Shown: positions 23,209 to 33,765, counted from the stretch's first letter. The stretch is 64,000 nucleotides of DNA from Nitrospinales bacterium (GCA_965262115.1 OZ253496.1:480001-544000); one strand, 5' to 3'. The notes: generated by a model not told the origin, from the letters alone. Program-made: numbers and translations.

Positions 23209-23337
23209 GAGACCTTTGCGTAAGTCTATAAAGCAGAAAAGCGAGATGCTTCGACAAGCTCAGCATGACAATAAAAGGCTATTTTGTCATTCTGAAGAGC
23301 TATTGCAACGAAGAATCTTGGGTTATGCAAAGGTCTC
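23209..23337. mobile_element. 129-bp MITE with 15-bp TIRs and 9-bp target-site duplication
   Basis: GAGACCTTTGCGTAA ... TTATGCAAAGGTCTC flanked by TGTGTAAGT (23200-23208 and 23338-23346). Confidence 0.92.
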
Positions 23338-23736
23338 TGTGTAAGTGGGATGACGCATGCGGCCATGAAGGCCATCGGTTTTCAGGGTCTGTTTTTCGCG
23401 AAAGTCAATGTTGAACTTGAACCGCAAAACCCCCAACTGAACGATAGCCCAGATACGAAATACCGAGCCGACCAGAAACAGGGTTACGACCATGACCCCC
23501 TCCAAAAAAGCTACGGGAGCTTCAGTAGCACGAGAAACAAATGACATTCCCACCAGAGCCATGCAAATCGGTAACACATGTCCAAAGAGCTGTTGGAAAT
23601 ATGCCTTATTGAAGGTACAGTCTTCCGGCCTCTCGGTCAGGACGAAAATGATCATCTCAATAATGCCAAAAATCAAATTGATGAAGGAAACGACCATGAA
23701 TCGTCCAATATTGGCGTCGATCATCCCTAGAGGAAT

Positions 23737-23756
23737 GGGGGGGGGGGGGGGGGGGG
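23737..23756. repeat. G20 homopolymer
   Basis: 20 consecutive G inside the ICMT-like reading frame. Confidence 0.95.
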
Positions 23757-23904
23757 TGCCAGATAGGTGAGCCCGACCAGGATGATGTTGAAATTGAAGT
23801 TCTTGATCAAACAGGCGGCAAAAACCACGCCATAAACGGCAAAATTAATCTTTAACAGTAAAATGGCCTCCACACGTTGTTCCTCAAAATGACAATTTGT
23901 TCCG

Positions 23905-24000
23905 CCCCTGTCATGAGGGGAGGCCAGGAGGGGTGTGGATTTTCCTGACTAAATTCGTGAGCCAACCCTCCCCTAGCCCTCCCTATGAAGGGGGGGGGGA
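23905..24000. repeat. REP-like G/C-rich palindromic pair
   Basis: CCCCTGTCATGAGGGGAGGCCAGGAGGGG and inverted CCCTCCCCTAGCCCTCCCTATGAAGGGGG. Confidence 0.55.
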
Positions 24001-24334
24001 AGCTAAATCTCTTCCCTAAATAGTTTACCAGCACACATTATTGCTGAAACATCCGGAATCTGCTATTCTACTGTTCTTCAAGGTATTTTTATTATAAAAT
24101 ACTGTGATATTCAACGCGTAACCCCTATTTGTGACCATTTCTACCAGTTCCACAAATTCGGATTATAATTGACTCATTTTGGCGGGGCACCCCCGTTGGT
24201 AATGGGCAAAATCTTGTTAGCCGAGAAAACTTTTTGCTGGCGGATGCGATATTAAACCTAAACTTTCGTGCCCCGCAGGGGTAATAAAGTCTTTGCAATT
24301 TACCACCGGCAGTTCGCCGGTACTGAGGGAAATA

Positions 24335-26707
24335 ATGGATACAAAAGCACTGAATATTCCGGACGAGGTCCGGAAGGAAATTGATGCTTTCGCCGCAGAG
24401 GTGGAACGCCTGAACCGGGGCGAAGTCGGCGACGACGACTTCAAACGGTTCCGTCTGCAACAGGGAATTTATGGTCAGCGTCAGGATGGCGAGCAGATGG
24501 TGCGAACCAAACTGCCTGCAGGAAAAATGACCAGCGATCAATTGCATTGTCTGGCGGATTTTGCCGAGAAATATTCTCACGGCATCCTGCACATCACCAC
24601 ACGTCAGGACATCCAACTACATTATGTAAACATTCAAAACGTTGCCCAGGGCCTTGAAGACCTTGCTCAGTCAGGCGTCACCACCCGGGAAGCCTGTGGC
24701 AACACCGTGCGTAACGTAACCGCCTGCCACAAAGCGGGGACCTGCTCTACAGAAGTATTTGATGTCGCCCCTTATGCGCTGGCGGTTTCAAAATATCTCC
24801 TGCGTAAAGATTTAACGCAGAACCTGCCGCGAAAGTTCAAAATCAGCTTCGGCGGTTGTAACGGATGCGGACTGGCACCGATCCACGACATCGGGCTGAA
24901 AGCGGTTATTCAGAATGATGTACGCGGTTTCCGCGTTCTGATTGGCGGTGGGCTGGGTTCGTTCCCCCATGCCGCAAAAAATTTGGTCGATTTCATTCCG
25001 CAAGACAATTTGTTGCAGTTGTGTGAGGCCATTGTCTCGGTCTTCGACAAATACGGCGACAAAAGAAACCGCAATAAAGCCAGGCTGAAGTTTGTGGTGG
25101 ATAAGCTTGGCATGGATAAAATCAAAGAACTCTATGAAGAGGAATATGCGGCGCTGAATGGAAAGACCTACCCGGCTATTGAGGATTTAGAGAGCGGCAT
25201 TCCAGAAATCCCTGCATATAAGCCCAATAACCATCACGACTCTGATCCGGAGTTTCAACTCTGGAAAGGCCGGAACATTGAGGCGCAGAAACAAGAGGGA
25301 TTCAACAACGTCCAGATCAAATTGATACTCGGCGATTTCAATGTTTCACAGGCTAAAGCATTGGCAAGCATTGCCGAAAAATATGCGGGTGCAAGCATCA
25401 TCTGCACGGTCAACCAGAACGTGATGATCCCCTGGGTGAAAGAAGATGCCTTCGGTTGTATCTATCACGAACTCAAAAGCATCGGGCTGCATAAAGCCGG
25501 CACCGAAGAGATCCGCGATATTACTTGTTGTCCGGGTTCAGAAACCTGTAACCTCGGCATCACGGCCTCGCGCGGGTTGGTGCAGGAACTCAACAAGGAA
25601 ATGGAAAACGGGTTTGAGACCACCAAGGATCTTGACCATATTTCCATCAAGGCGAGCGGTTGCCCGAACTCCTGCGGACAACATCATATTGCTTCCATCG
25701 GTTTTCATGGAGGAGCAAAAAAATTAAATGGTATTCTAACTCCTCATTATGAAGTTTTTCTTGGTGGAAGGGTTTCGGAAGATGATGTGGTGTTTGGCAC
25801 ATCGGTCATTAAAATTCCTGCCAAAAATGCTCCAGCAGCCACAAAGCTGACGCTCGAAGACTATAAAACCGGGAAACAAGACGGCGAAATGTTTGGCGAA
25901 TATTTTGACCGTAAAGGTAAAATTTATTTCCGCGACTTGCTCACTCAGCTTAAAGCTTTACCGGAAATTGAGAAGTCCCCGGAATCTTATATCGATTACG
26001 GGTCCACAGAAAAATTCAGCCTCGAAGATCGTGGGCAGGGCGAATGTGCCGGTGCTGTCACCGACATGATCACCGACCGCATCACCGAAGCTGAGCGGAC
26101 CCATTTCCAGGGCAAACTCAGCCTGGAGAAAAAATCTTTCAAGGAAACATGTGAACACGCCAAGCGTTCGGTCATTGCTTCGGCCCGTGCCTTGCTGGTT
26201 ACCGAGGGCATGGACTTCAATGATGACTGGGAGTGTCTGAAAAAATTTCAGTCTCTGGTCATCGATATGGAAATTGTATCGGCGAAATTTGCAAAGCTAA
26301 TAGACAGCTTTGAGGCTACTCCTGAAGCCGCAGATGAAAAAATGGCGGAATGGTGGTTGTCGGATGCCGGAGAACTGGTTGCGGAAAGTAAAAAGATTCA
26401 GGGCACCATGCAATCAGAAAAAACTTTAAGAATGCGTGTCGGGGGAGATGATTCGAAAGAAAAGGCTAAATCAGCAAACGGTGGTGGCAAACAAAGCATC
26501 GACCTTCTCGGAGTCAAATGTCCGTTCAATTACGTCAAAACAAAAATCAAGCTTGAGACAATGACACCCGGAAGCGTGTTGGAAGTATTGCTGGATGCCG
26601 GTGAACCCTCCGAGAATGTGCCTCGAAGTATTAAAAATTATGGACACAAGGTTGTTTCCCTGACTGAAGAAAACGGCCATTATAAACTGACCGTGGAAAA
26701 GAATTAA
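24335..26707 (+). CDS. Ferredoxin-type siroheme sulfite/nitrite reductase with C-terminal helical (HEPN-like) and TusA domains
   Basis: RLQQGIYGQRQ, HITTRQDIQ, LPRKFK, CPGSETC and SGCPNSCG siroheme/[4Fe-4S] motifs; IDLLGVKCPFNYV TusA motif; ATG at 24335. Confidence 0.9.
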   Translation: MDTKALNIPDEVRKEIDAFAAEVERLNRGEVGDDDFKRFRLQQGIYGQRQDGEQMVRTKLPAGKMTSDQLHCLADFAEKYSHGILHITTRQDIQLHYVNIQNVAQGLEDLAQSGVTTREACGNTVRNVTACHKAGTCSTEVFDVAPYALAVSKYLLRKDLTQNLPRKFKISFGGCNGCGLAPIHDIGLKAVIQNDVRGFRVLIGGGLGSFPHAAKNLVDFIPQDNLLQLCEAIVSVFDKYGDKRNRNKARLKFVVDKLGMDKIKELYEEEYAALNGKTYPAIEDLESGIPEIPAYKPNNHHDSDPEFQLWKGRNIEAQKQEGFNNVQIKLILGDFNVSQAKALASIAEKYAGASIICTVNQNVMIPWVKEDAFGCIYHELKSIGLHKAGTEEIRDITCCPGSETCNLGITASRGLVQELNKEMENGFETTKDLDHISIKASGCPNSCGQHHIASIGFHGGAKKLNGILTPHYEVFLGGRVSEDDVVFGTSVIKIPAKNAPAATKLTLEDYKTGKQDGEMFGEYFDRKGKIYFRDLLTQLKALPEIEKSPESYIDYGSTEKFSLEDRGQGECAGAVTDMITDRITEAERTHFQGKLSLEKKSFKETCEHAKRSVIASARALLVTEGMDFNDDWECLKKFQSLVIDMEIVSAKFAKLIDSFEATPEAADEKMAEWWLSDAGELVAESKKIQGTMQSEKTLRMRVGGDDSKEKAKSANGGGKQSIDLLGVKCPFNYVKTKIKLETMTPGSVLEVLLDAGEPSENVPRSIKNYGHKVVSLTEENGHYKLTVEKN

Positions 26708-27588
26708 TGCTGATCAGTATGACCGGATTTGGCCGGGCAGAGTGCCAGGATGGAGATTATTCCTACAAGGCTGAAATCCGATCGGTCAACAACCGTTTTA
26801 TAGAAATCAATACACGCCTGCCTAAAGCTTTTCTGGATATGGAGCTCCCCCTGAAAAAGCTGATCAAGTCGCATTGTGCACGGGGCTCCATCAACATCAC
26901 CATTTCCCTGTACAACTCCAATGGCAATTCTGGAGAATGGGAAATTAAGGCCAACCTTCCCCTTGCCTCTCAATATGTAGAAGCAGTAAAAGAAATTCAA
27001 ACTTCTCTAGGGCTCGAAGGTAAGTTGAGCATTGATTCTGTGATTGGGCTTAGGGATATCTTAAAAGTGGAACCCGTTGCCATCGACCCAGCGAAAGAAA
27101 GCCTGCTCCTGAACATGGCGGAATCTGCCCTCACCTCGCTACAGAAAATGCGAGAGGAAGAGTGGCAGCATTTACAAAAAGACCTTTCAGAACGAATTGA
27201 CAGCATCGAAAAACACGCGGAGCAGATAGAAAAACGGCAACCCAAAGTCATTCAGGACTACAAAGCCCGGCTTAAGGAAAAAATTAAACTGCTTAACGAC
27301 GGTATCGAGATTGACGAGAGCCGCCTGGCCCAGGAAACCGCTATTATGGCAGACCGGTGCGACATTACAGAAGAAATCACGCGGCTGGGTAGCCACCTCA
27401 ATCAATTCAGAAATTTGTTTGACTCGTCAGAGCCTATAGGCAGGAAACTGGAATTCATCACCCAGGAAATCAACCGGGAGGTCAACACAATGGGTTCAAA
27501 ATCCAGCGATACCCAGTTGGCCAATCTGGTCATTGAGATAAAAAGAACACTTGAAAAGATACGGGAACAGTTGCAGAACATTGAGTGA
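26707..27588 (+). CDS. yicC: YicC/YloC family endoribonuclease
   Basis: SMTGFGR, EIRSVN, DITEEITRL, GRKLEF..QE.NRE.NT.GSK, REQLQNIE. Confidence 0.95.
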   Translation: MLISMTGFGRAECQDGDYSYKAEIRSVNNRFIEINTRLPKAFLDMELPLKKLIKSHCARGSINITISLYNSNGNSGEWEIKANLPLASQYVEAVKEIQTSLGLEGKLSIDSVIGLRDILKVEPVAIDPAKESLLLNMAESALTSLQKMREEEWQHLQKDLSERIDSIEKHAEQIEKRQPKVIQDYKARLKEKIKLLNDGIEIDESRLAQETAIMADRCDITEEITRLGSHLNQFRNLFDSSEPIGRKLEFITQEINREVNTMGSKSSDTQLANLVIEIKRTLEKIREQLQNIE

Positions 27589-27641
27589 TTGGTTTTCTCA
27601 GTTTTCACCGCAAAATTTTATAAATATTTAGGATCGCTACA

Positions 27642-28265
27642 ATGCCTGAAGGATTTGCCCTGATACTTTCCGCCCCTTCCGGGACAGGAAAAACCACCAC
27701 CTGCAAACTTTTGCGTGAAGAATTGCCTGATTTAAAATTCGCAGTTTCTCACACCACCCGAGAAATCCGGAATGGCGAAAAGGATGGTGAGGATTATATC
27801 TTCGTATCCAAAAAAGAATTCGAAGATAAAATCAAAAATAATGGTTTCCTCGAATGGGCTCAGGTCCACGGTTTTTATTATGGCACCTCTCTGGAGTCCG
27901 CTGACGCAACTCTAAAAAGCGGACACGACACTCTTCTGGAACTGGATATTCAAGGCGTTGAATCATTGCGGAAAATGGAATACCAGGTAATTTATATTCT
28001 TATCCTTCCGCCCTCAATCGCAGAAATGGAAGCCCGGCTCAATAAACGAGGGACCGACTCAAAAGATCGCATCCAACAACGAGTAGAAACCGGAAAAGAG
28101 GAAATCAAAAAATATAAAATGTACGATTACGTCATCACCAACCATGTGGTCAAAGATACGGTGAATGCTGTCCTCTCTATCCTGCAGGCGGAAAAAGTCA
28201 AAGCCTGCCAGTACCGCCCCACCTCACCCGACATTGAAGTATTATTAAAAGATGGGGTTGATTGA
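27642..28265 (+). CDS. gmk: Guanylate kinase
   Basis: SAPSGTGKTT, SHTTR..R.GE.DG.DY, YYGT. Confidence 0.95.
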   Translation: MPEGFALILSAPSGTGKTTTCKLLREELPDLKFAVSHTTREIRNGEKDGEDYIFVSKKEFEDKIKNNGFLEWAQVHGFYYGTSLESADATLKSGHDTLLELDIQGVESLRKMEYQVIYILILPPSIAEMEARLNKRGTDSKDRIQQRVETGKEEIKKYKMYDYVITNHVVKDTVNAVLSILQAEKVKACQYRPTSPDIEVLLKDGVD

Positions 28266-29338
28266 ACATGTCTCGCGTCGACCTCATGGAGTTGGTCAGG
28301 AACAAGATTAAAGGACTGAAAGCCTATCAGGTGGAGAGCTTGGATGAGGGTACCAAGTTACACGCTAATGAGAATCCATATCCTCCCTCGCCGGAATTGT
28401 TGAAAAAAATATTTCAACAGTTGGATAAGTTTGAACTTAATCGTTATCCCGACCCCGATTGCAGGGACCTGAAACAAGCCCTCGCCAACACCACAGGCGC
28501 TCTTCCCGAACAAATCATCATTGGAAACGGTTCAGATGAATTGATTCAATATCTGATGCAAGTTCTATGTGATGAAGGGGACGCTATCGCCTTCCCGGAC
28601 CCGACATTTGCCATGTACGGCATCACGGCACAATGCCTGGGGTTGAATCCTGTCAGCTTCCCCCTCAATGATAGTTGGGATTTCGAAGCCCGGTCAGCAT
28701 TGAAAGTTCTCGCTGAACATAAGGCTCGTATAGTTTTCATTAGTTATCCCAACAACCCAACAGGAAATTGCTTTTCCGGGCAGGAAATTCAACAGATCAT
28801 TGAACAGTTTGAAGGCATTGTGGTGCTAGATGAGGCCTATCATGACTTTTCAGAAAAAAGTTTTTTCAACCAAATGGAAAAACATAACAACCTGGTTATT
28901 CTGAGGAGTTTGTCAAAAATAGGCCTAGCGGGACTCCGAATAGGTTATGGAATTTTCCCGGTTATGCTTGCAGAACAAGTTAACAAAGTTCGCCTGCCTT
29001 ATAACTCGAACTCAATATCACAATGGGTCGCGACCGAACTCCTCAATGACTTCAGCCATGTGAAAAAACAAATCCATTCTATTTTAGAGGAGCGTAATCG
29101 GCTGATGGATGAATTATCGAAACTGCCCGCCATTACCGTGTATCCCTCAAACTCTAATTTCATTTTGTTTCAGGCACCCGAGGGTGGAGAAAAGTTGTTC
29201 AATGACCTGAAAAAAAATGGGACCCTGTTGCGGAACCTGAATTCTCACCCCAGATTAAAGAACTGTCTGCGCGTTACGATAGGAACCAAACGGGAAAACG
29301 ACCAGTTCCTGGATCAGTTACGAAAAGTCTCCTCATAA
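28262..29338 (+). CDS. hisC: Histidinol-phosphate aminotransferase
   Basis: NENPY, NRYPD, GNGSDE, PNNPTG, DEAY, RSLSK.GLAGLRIG; start may be ATG 28268. Confidence 0.93.
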   Translation: MNMSRVDLMELVRNKIKGLKAYQVESLDEGTKLHANENPYPPSPELLKKIFQQLDKFELNRYPDPDCRDLKQALANTTGALPEQIIIGNGSDELIQYLMQVLCDEGDAIAFPDPTFAMYGITAQCLGLNPVSFPLNDSWDFEARSALKVLAEHKARIVFISYPNNPTGNCFSGQEIQQIIEQFEGIVVLDEAYHDFSEKSFFNQMEKHNNLVILRSLSKIGLAGLRIGYGIFPVMLAEQVNKVRLPYNSNSISQWVATELLNDFSHVKKQIHSILEERNRLMDELSKLPAITVYPSNSNFILFQAPEGGEKLFNDLKKNGTLLRNLNSHPRLKNCLRVTIGTKRENDQFLDQLRKVSS

Positions 29339-29345
29339 ACCGCTT

Positions 29346-30371
29346 ATGCAGAGTTGGATAAAAATAATTCTCATCACTGGTTTCTGGGGGTTTTTGGCCT
29401 TGATATGGATCGTGATAGGCATGTTCTACTATCAGGGCTCTCGCCCTGCCAGCGAGGACAGCCAGACCAGGGTCTTTGAAATACAACCGGGAATGACCTT
29501 GAAGCAGGTGGCCCACGAACTTTCCCGCCAAGGGCTGATCCGCAGTTCCAGCGCTTTTCAGGCCATCGCCTACATTCAGGACAAACAGAAGCAAGTCATG
29601 GTCGGGGAGTTCAGCCTGTCACCTTCCATGCTCCCTTCCGAGATCATTCTTCGGATCACCTCAGGAAAAACAGTCCTCTACTCTGTCACCATCCCGGAGG
29701 GTTACCGGATAACAGAAATCGCCGCACTTCTTCACTCGGTAGGTCTGGCAGACTCAGAAAGTTTTATCCGCCAAACCCGGGATGAAAGTTTAATCCGGTC
29801 CCTGGACATACCCACTGACAGCCTGGAAGGTTATTTGTTCCCGGAAACTTACCATTTCAGCAAATTCACGCCAGAAGCAAAAATTGTTCAGAAGATGGTG
29901 GATACGTTTAAGGAACAAGTTTCAAAGTCCCAAATGTTGAAGAGCGCAAAGGAAAGTCCTCTCTCCTGGCACGAAATCATTACCCTGGCTTCCCTGATAG
30001 AAAAGGAAACCGGGTTGGACTCGGAGCGTAAATTGATCGCGTCCGTCTTTCATAACCGGCTAAGGAAAAATATGCGCCTGCAAACCGATCCCACCGTGAT
30101 TTACGCGATAGATAAGTTCGACGGCAATATCCGCAAACGAGATTTGAAAATCGATTCTCCTTACAACACCTACCGATATAAAGGGCTGCCCCCTGGCCCA
30201 ATCGCCAGCCCGGGAATCAAATCCATCGTAGCTGCACTATCCCCGGTTGAGTCCGATCACCTGTATTTTGTTTCCCGAAAAAATGGCAGCCATCATTTTT
30301 CTTCGACCCTGATAGAACATAACCGGGCCGTACAAAAATATCAGTTGAGAAAAGTCAATTCTCCCAGATAA
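29346..30371 (+). CDS. mltG: Endolytic transglycosylase
   Basis: TIPEG, LEGYLFPETY, ASLIEKE, LQTDPT, SPYNTY..GLPPGPI. Confidence 0.95.
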   Translation: MQSWIKIILITGFWGFLALIWIVIGMFYYQGSRPASEDSQTRVFEIQPGMTLKQVAHELSRQGLIRSSSAFQAIAYIQDKQKQVMVGEFSLSPSMLPSEIILRITSGKTVLYSVTIPEGYRITEIAALLHSVGLADSESFIRQTRDESLIRSLDIPTDSLEGYLFPETYHFSKFTPEAKIVQKMVDTFKEQVSKSQMLKSAKESPLSWHEIITLASLIEKETGLDSERKLIASVFHNRLRKNMRLQTDPTVIYAIDKFDGNIRKRDLKIDSPYNTYRYKGLPPGPIASPGIKSIVAALSPVESDHLYFVSRKNGSHHFSSTLIEHNRAVQKYQLRKVNSPR

Positions 30372-30393
30372 TCCTTTTGTTCAAGAGCCCCGG

Positions 30394-30576
30394 TTAATTG
30401 TTCTGGTTCAAACATTTTTTGAACAATAACACTGGGCTCTGAATTTTTTCGTACTGTTCCCGGAGCCTGGCATATTTCTCAGTCAATTTAAGAAGTTTTT
30501 CCGCCAGCACTGCATTCGACCCATTTAGCAAAATAGCCACTTCCTTCCAATTCACCTCCTGGTCATTCGGCTCCAT
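30394..30576 (-). CDS. Small hypothetical coiled-coil protein
   Basis: 60 aa with RBS GGAGGG. Confidence 0.45.
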   Translation of the reverse strand: MEPNDQEVNWKEVAILLNGSNAVLAEKLLKLTEKYARLREQYEKIQSPVLLFKKCLNQNN

Positions 30577-30637
30577 GACTCACCCCTCCATTGAGATCGG
30601 CCATACCAAAACACTGAACTCAAATATTATTGATTAT

Positions 30638-31355
30638 GGGGCTGTCCTGGATAAGATCGAACAGGTGTTATGATGGGTAGTATGAGAAAGAGCCGATTAA
30701 GCGATTATAAACAAGGGCGTCTTCTTGAGCATTTTGTGTCGGGGTCTACGGCCCGAACCGCAGCATCCCTTGTGGGTGTGAATAAGTCTACGGCAGCTTA
30801 TTATTTTCATCGCTTGCGAGAAATCATTGCTTTCGAACTTGGGCGTGAAGGTCATGAAGTCTTTGGCGGAGAGATTGAAGTTGATGAGAGTTACTTTGGC
30901 GGACGACATAAAGGCAAGCTAAGGACGAGGTGCTGCCGGTAAAGTCCCCGTTTTTGGCCTATTGAAGCGAGGGGGTAAGGTCTCACGAAGATTATACCTG
31001 ATGCTTCTTCCTCGACTTTATATCCCGTCATTGAGCGCAAGGTTATACCTGATAGCATTGTCTGCAGCGATTGTTGGCGCGGATATAATGTGCTGGATGT
31101 GTCAGAGTTCAAGCACTACCGGATCAATCACTCAAAGCTGTTTGCAGACAGGCATAACCATATCAATGGAATTGAGAATTTTTGGAATCAGGCCAAGCGT
31201 CACATGCGCAAATTCAACGGTGCTCCAAAGGTACATTTTGGCCTATTTCTGAAGTAATGCGAGTGGCGATTTAACAACCCAAAACCTAAAACCCAGCTAA
31301 AGACACTTAAACAATGGGTTAAACAATATATGGGCTAGTTGTCTGGTACAGCCCC
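30638..31355 (+). mobile_element. IS1595-family (IS1016-like) insertion sequence, transposase inactivated
   Basis: TIRs GGGGCTGTCCTGGATAA / TTGTCTGGTACAGCCCC; MRKSRLS, EVDESYFGG, HINGIENFW split by frameshifts and a stop. Confidence 0.9.
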
Positions 31356-31363
31356 TATAGTTT

Positions 31364-32320
31364 TTATACCGACGGTTTATTTTGCAGAAATAGAATCTGG
31401 TTGCGGACCGTTTCATTGCAGGAAACATCTATCTTCAAATTTCGTCCTTCCCGCACAATCACTCCGTTGAGCGCTTCAATCTCTGTCTTTCGCCCTGCGC
31501 GGATATCCTGCAACATGGACGATTCGTGTTCATAGGTACTGGGCAACAACTGGCTATAAAAATCCTTAAGATAATCTCCGGCACTTTGCCAATGGCTGGA
31601 ATAGCCCAACTTTTGCATGACTTGAAATACTTCTGCAATAATCCCTTCCATGATAGACTGGCTATTTGCGTTCTCCCCCAAATGTCCGTAAGGGATTTGC
31701 AAAACAGCATCCAGGGCATTGAGCGGACAGTTATAAAGCATTTTTGCCCACAAGTCTTTGCCAATATCGCCAGTGACAGCACTAGGAATGCCCCCTTGAT
31801 GCAAAGCGTCTGCCAAGACCTGTAAGCGGGTGAAGTCGCCATTAAACAGGCTACCGAGATGAACCGGCTGAGCGTGAACAGTCACATCCACAACATGCGG
31901 TTCAGGCCGGACGAATCCTGTGATAATCCGTGCGTTAAAAATCTGCTTTTCAGGAAAAAACTGGGTGAAAATTTCAGCGTTGCCCCAGCCGTTCTGGCAA
32001 AGAACAATGGGGCTTTTCTGATGCGCAAGAGTCGACCCTGTTTGCAATTGCCGGGCTGAGTTTTCTGTATCGAACGATTTGGTACAGACCAGATAAAAGT
32101 CAAAAGTCTCCCTGCCTGTTTCAGCAAGATTTGACGAAGCCGTCAATTGTTGTGGGGAAAAACAGGCCTGACCAAATATACCCTGCCGCTTCAAACCATT
32201 TTTCCTCAAAGCCACAACCGTTTCTTCTTTTCCCACAAGATGGACACGATGACCCTCCTGCATCAAAAAACTGGAAAGCCCCAGCCCCACTGCACCTGCA
32301 CCAAAAACCAATACTTTCAC
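31364..32320 (-). CDS. panE: 2-dehydropantoate 2-reductase
   Basis: GAGAVG, CTKS, CQNG, LWAKMLYN, SSMLQDI..GRKTEIEALNG. Confidence 0.92.
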   Translation of the reverse strand: MKVLVFGAGAVGLGLSSFLMQEGHRVHLVGKEETVVALRKNGLKRQGIFGQACFSPQQLTASSNLAETGRETFDFYLVCTKSFDTENSARQLQTGSTLAHQKSPIVLCQNGWGNAEIFTQFFPEKQIFNARIITGFVRPEPHVVDVTVHAQPVHLGSLFNGDFTRLQVLADALHQGGIPSAVTGDIGKDLWAKMLYNCPLNALDAVLQIPYGHLGENANSQSIMEGIIAEVFQVMQKLGYSSHWQSAGDYLKDFYSQLLPSTYEHESSMLQDIRAGRKTEIEALNGVIVREGRNLKIDVSCNETVRNQILFLQNKPSV

Positions 32321-32501
32321 TATTTCCTATCCGTCAGAATATTCGTAAAACAACAACCTAGCACAGCCGAAGAGAACCACCAAACTGCAGGATCAACCAT
32401 TGATAAAATGATCAAAGAGAGATAAAATGCTATCGCTATTTAATTAACCCTCTTTCCAGAAAATCATCACCTCTTCGGAATCCCCGAAAGGAGAAAATGT
32501 T

Positions 32502-33044
32502 ATGAATATGGAAAATCAGCAAGCACAGTTTAACCATGAAGACTGGCTCGCACATCTTTACCGTTTTATAGAAACGGCTCGCCAGTTTTGCAATGAACTC
32601 TTCAGAGGATTAAGAACCCTGTCACAAAAAGGTTTGTTAGAAACCTGGAAAGATATTCGTTCTGCGGTTTCCCGGCTCACGCCCCAGGATTTTATCGTTA
32701 CATCATTGATAACCATTACCGGAGTGTTTGGCGTAATGACCTTTATGATCGGACTCGGACTTTTCGGTTATCAGACCATACTCTGGTTGCAGAATGGTAT
32801 CTGGACCGAATTCCCACTTTTTGTGGTTTTCAACTTCCTGTTTGAGAATACAGTTCTTCATCAATGGATGGTTCACCCGGAGTCCTGGCTGGGCCTGCAA
32901 CAAGTGTTTTCGTGGTTGTTGAAATCAGTTCCTTTATCCATAGCGTTAATGATTCCCGGATTTTCCATTGCCCTGTTCATGGCAGGGACTCTGGGGATGG
33001 CCCTGGTCTATCGTTTTTATCAATTAAGAAACAGGAATGACTGA
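32502..33044 (+). CDS. Hypothetical membrane protein
   Basis: 180 aa, RBS AGGAG, TM segments. Confidence 0.75.
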   Translation: MNMENQQAQFNHEDWLAHLYRFIETARQFCNELFRGLRTLSQKGLLETWKDIRSAVSRLTPQDFIVTSLITITGVFGVMTFMIGLGLFGYQTILWLQNGIWTEFPLFVVFNFLFENTVLHQWMVHPESWLGLQQVFSWLLKSVPLSIALMIPGFSIALFMAGTLGMALVYRFYQLRNRND

Positions 33045-33765
33045 AGACACCCCATCGCTAAAGAAAAAACTGGAGGGTTCCAAAAAATTCCTTCAAAACG
33101 CTGATCTTAAAGGAGCCGACCTGGAAGGAGCCGATCTTCAAGGGGCGGAGTTGGGTGGCGCCGATATGCGAGGAGCCAACTTAAAAAAGATATTCCTCAG
33201 CGAAGCCAAAATCTCCAAAGCCAATCTATCCGAGGCAGACCTGTCCAACGCCAACCTCAGTGGAGCCGATTTAAATAAATCAAACCTGGGTGGAGCCAAC
33301 CTTCAACACGCTTATATCCGGCGTGCCGACCTGCGTGGCGCTAATTTGAGCGGAACCAACCTGATCAAAGCTAATCTTAGGGAATGTGCGCTATTTAAAA
33401 CCTGGATCAAAAAGGCCGATTGCAGTGAGGCCAATATGCAAAATATTAAAGGCGCACAAATGCAAATGCAGGAATCGGTGCTCAAGGGAACCAAGCTGGA
33501 AGGAGCAGACCTTTCTGGAGCCCGGCTGGATGGCGTCAACTTTGAAGACGCCGGTCTGCAGACAGCAAACCTGAGTCGGGCCAACTTAAAAGGAGCCAAC
33601 TTCAACCGGGCCGATCTACGTGGAGCAAATTTGCGTTATGTAGTGGGATTGACCCGGAAACAGATCGAGCTTGCCCTGATTGATAAAAGAACCCTTTTAC
33701 CCAGCTATCTAAAAATCAAATGGGCCTCCGAAACCCAATTTGAAATTACTGACAATAAAAGTTAA
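33037..33765 (+). CDS. Pentapeptide repeat protein
   Basis: Extensive A(D/N)LxG repeats. Confidence 0.92.
   Translation: MTEDTPSLKKKLEGSKKFLQNADLKGADLEGADLQGAELGGADMRGANLKKIFLSEAKISKANLSEADLSNANLSGADLNKSNLGGANLQHAYIRRADLRGANLSGTNLIKANLRECALFKTWIKKADCSEANMQNIKGAQMQMQESVLKGTKLEGADLSGARLDGVNFEDAGLQTANLSRANLKGANFNRADLRGANLRYVVGLTRKQIELALIDKRTLLPSYLKIKWASETQFEITDNKS

Larger units (their letters stand above)
23005..23873 (-). pseudogene. Isoprenylcysteine carboxyl methyltransferase (ICMT/PEMT)-family membrane protein, disrupted
   Basis: GTG at 23873 with RBS; C20 run breaks the frame; MRHPTY motif split by a MITE; C-terminal EELALKEQFGEDYENYR. Confidence 0.85.

Noticed and set aside
30630..31363. 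Target-site duplication for the IS1595-like element
   Set aside because: Flanks TTGATTAT and TATAGTTT do not match
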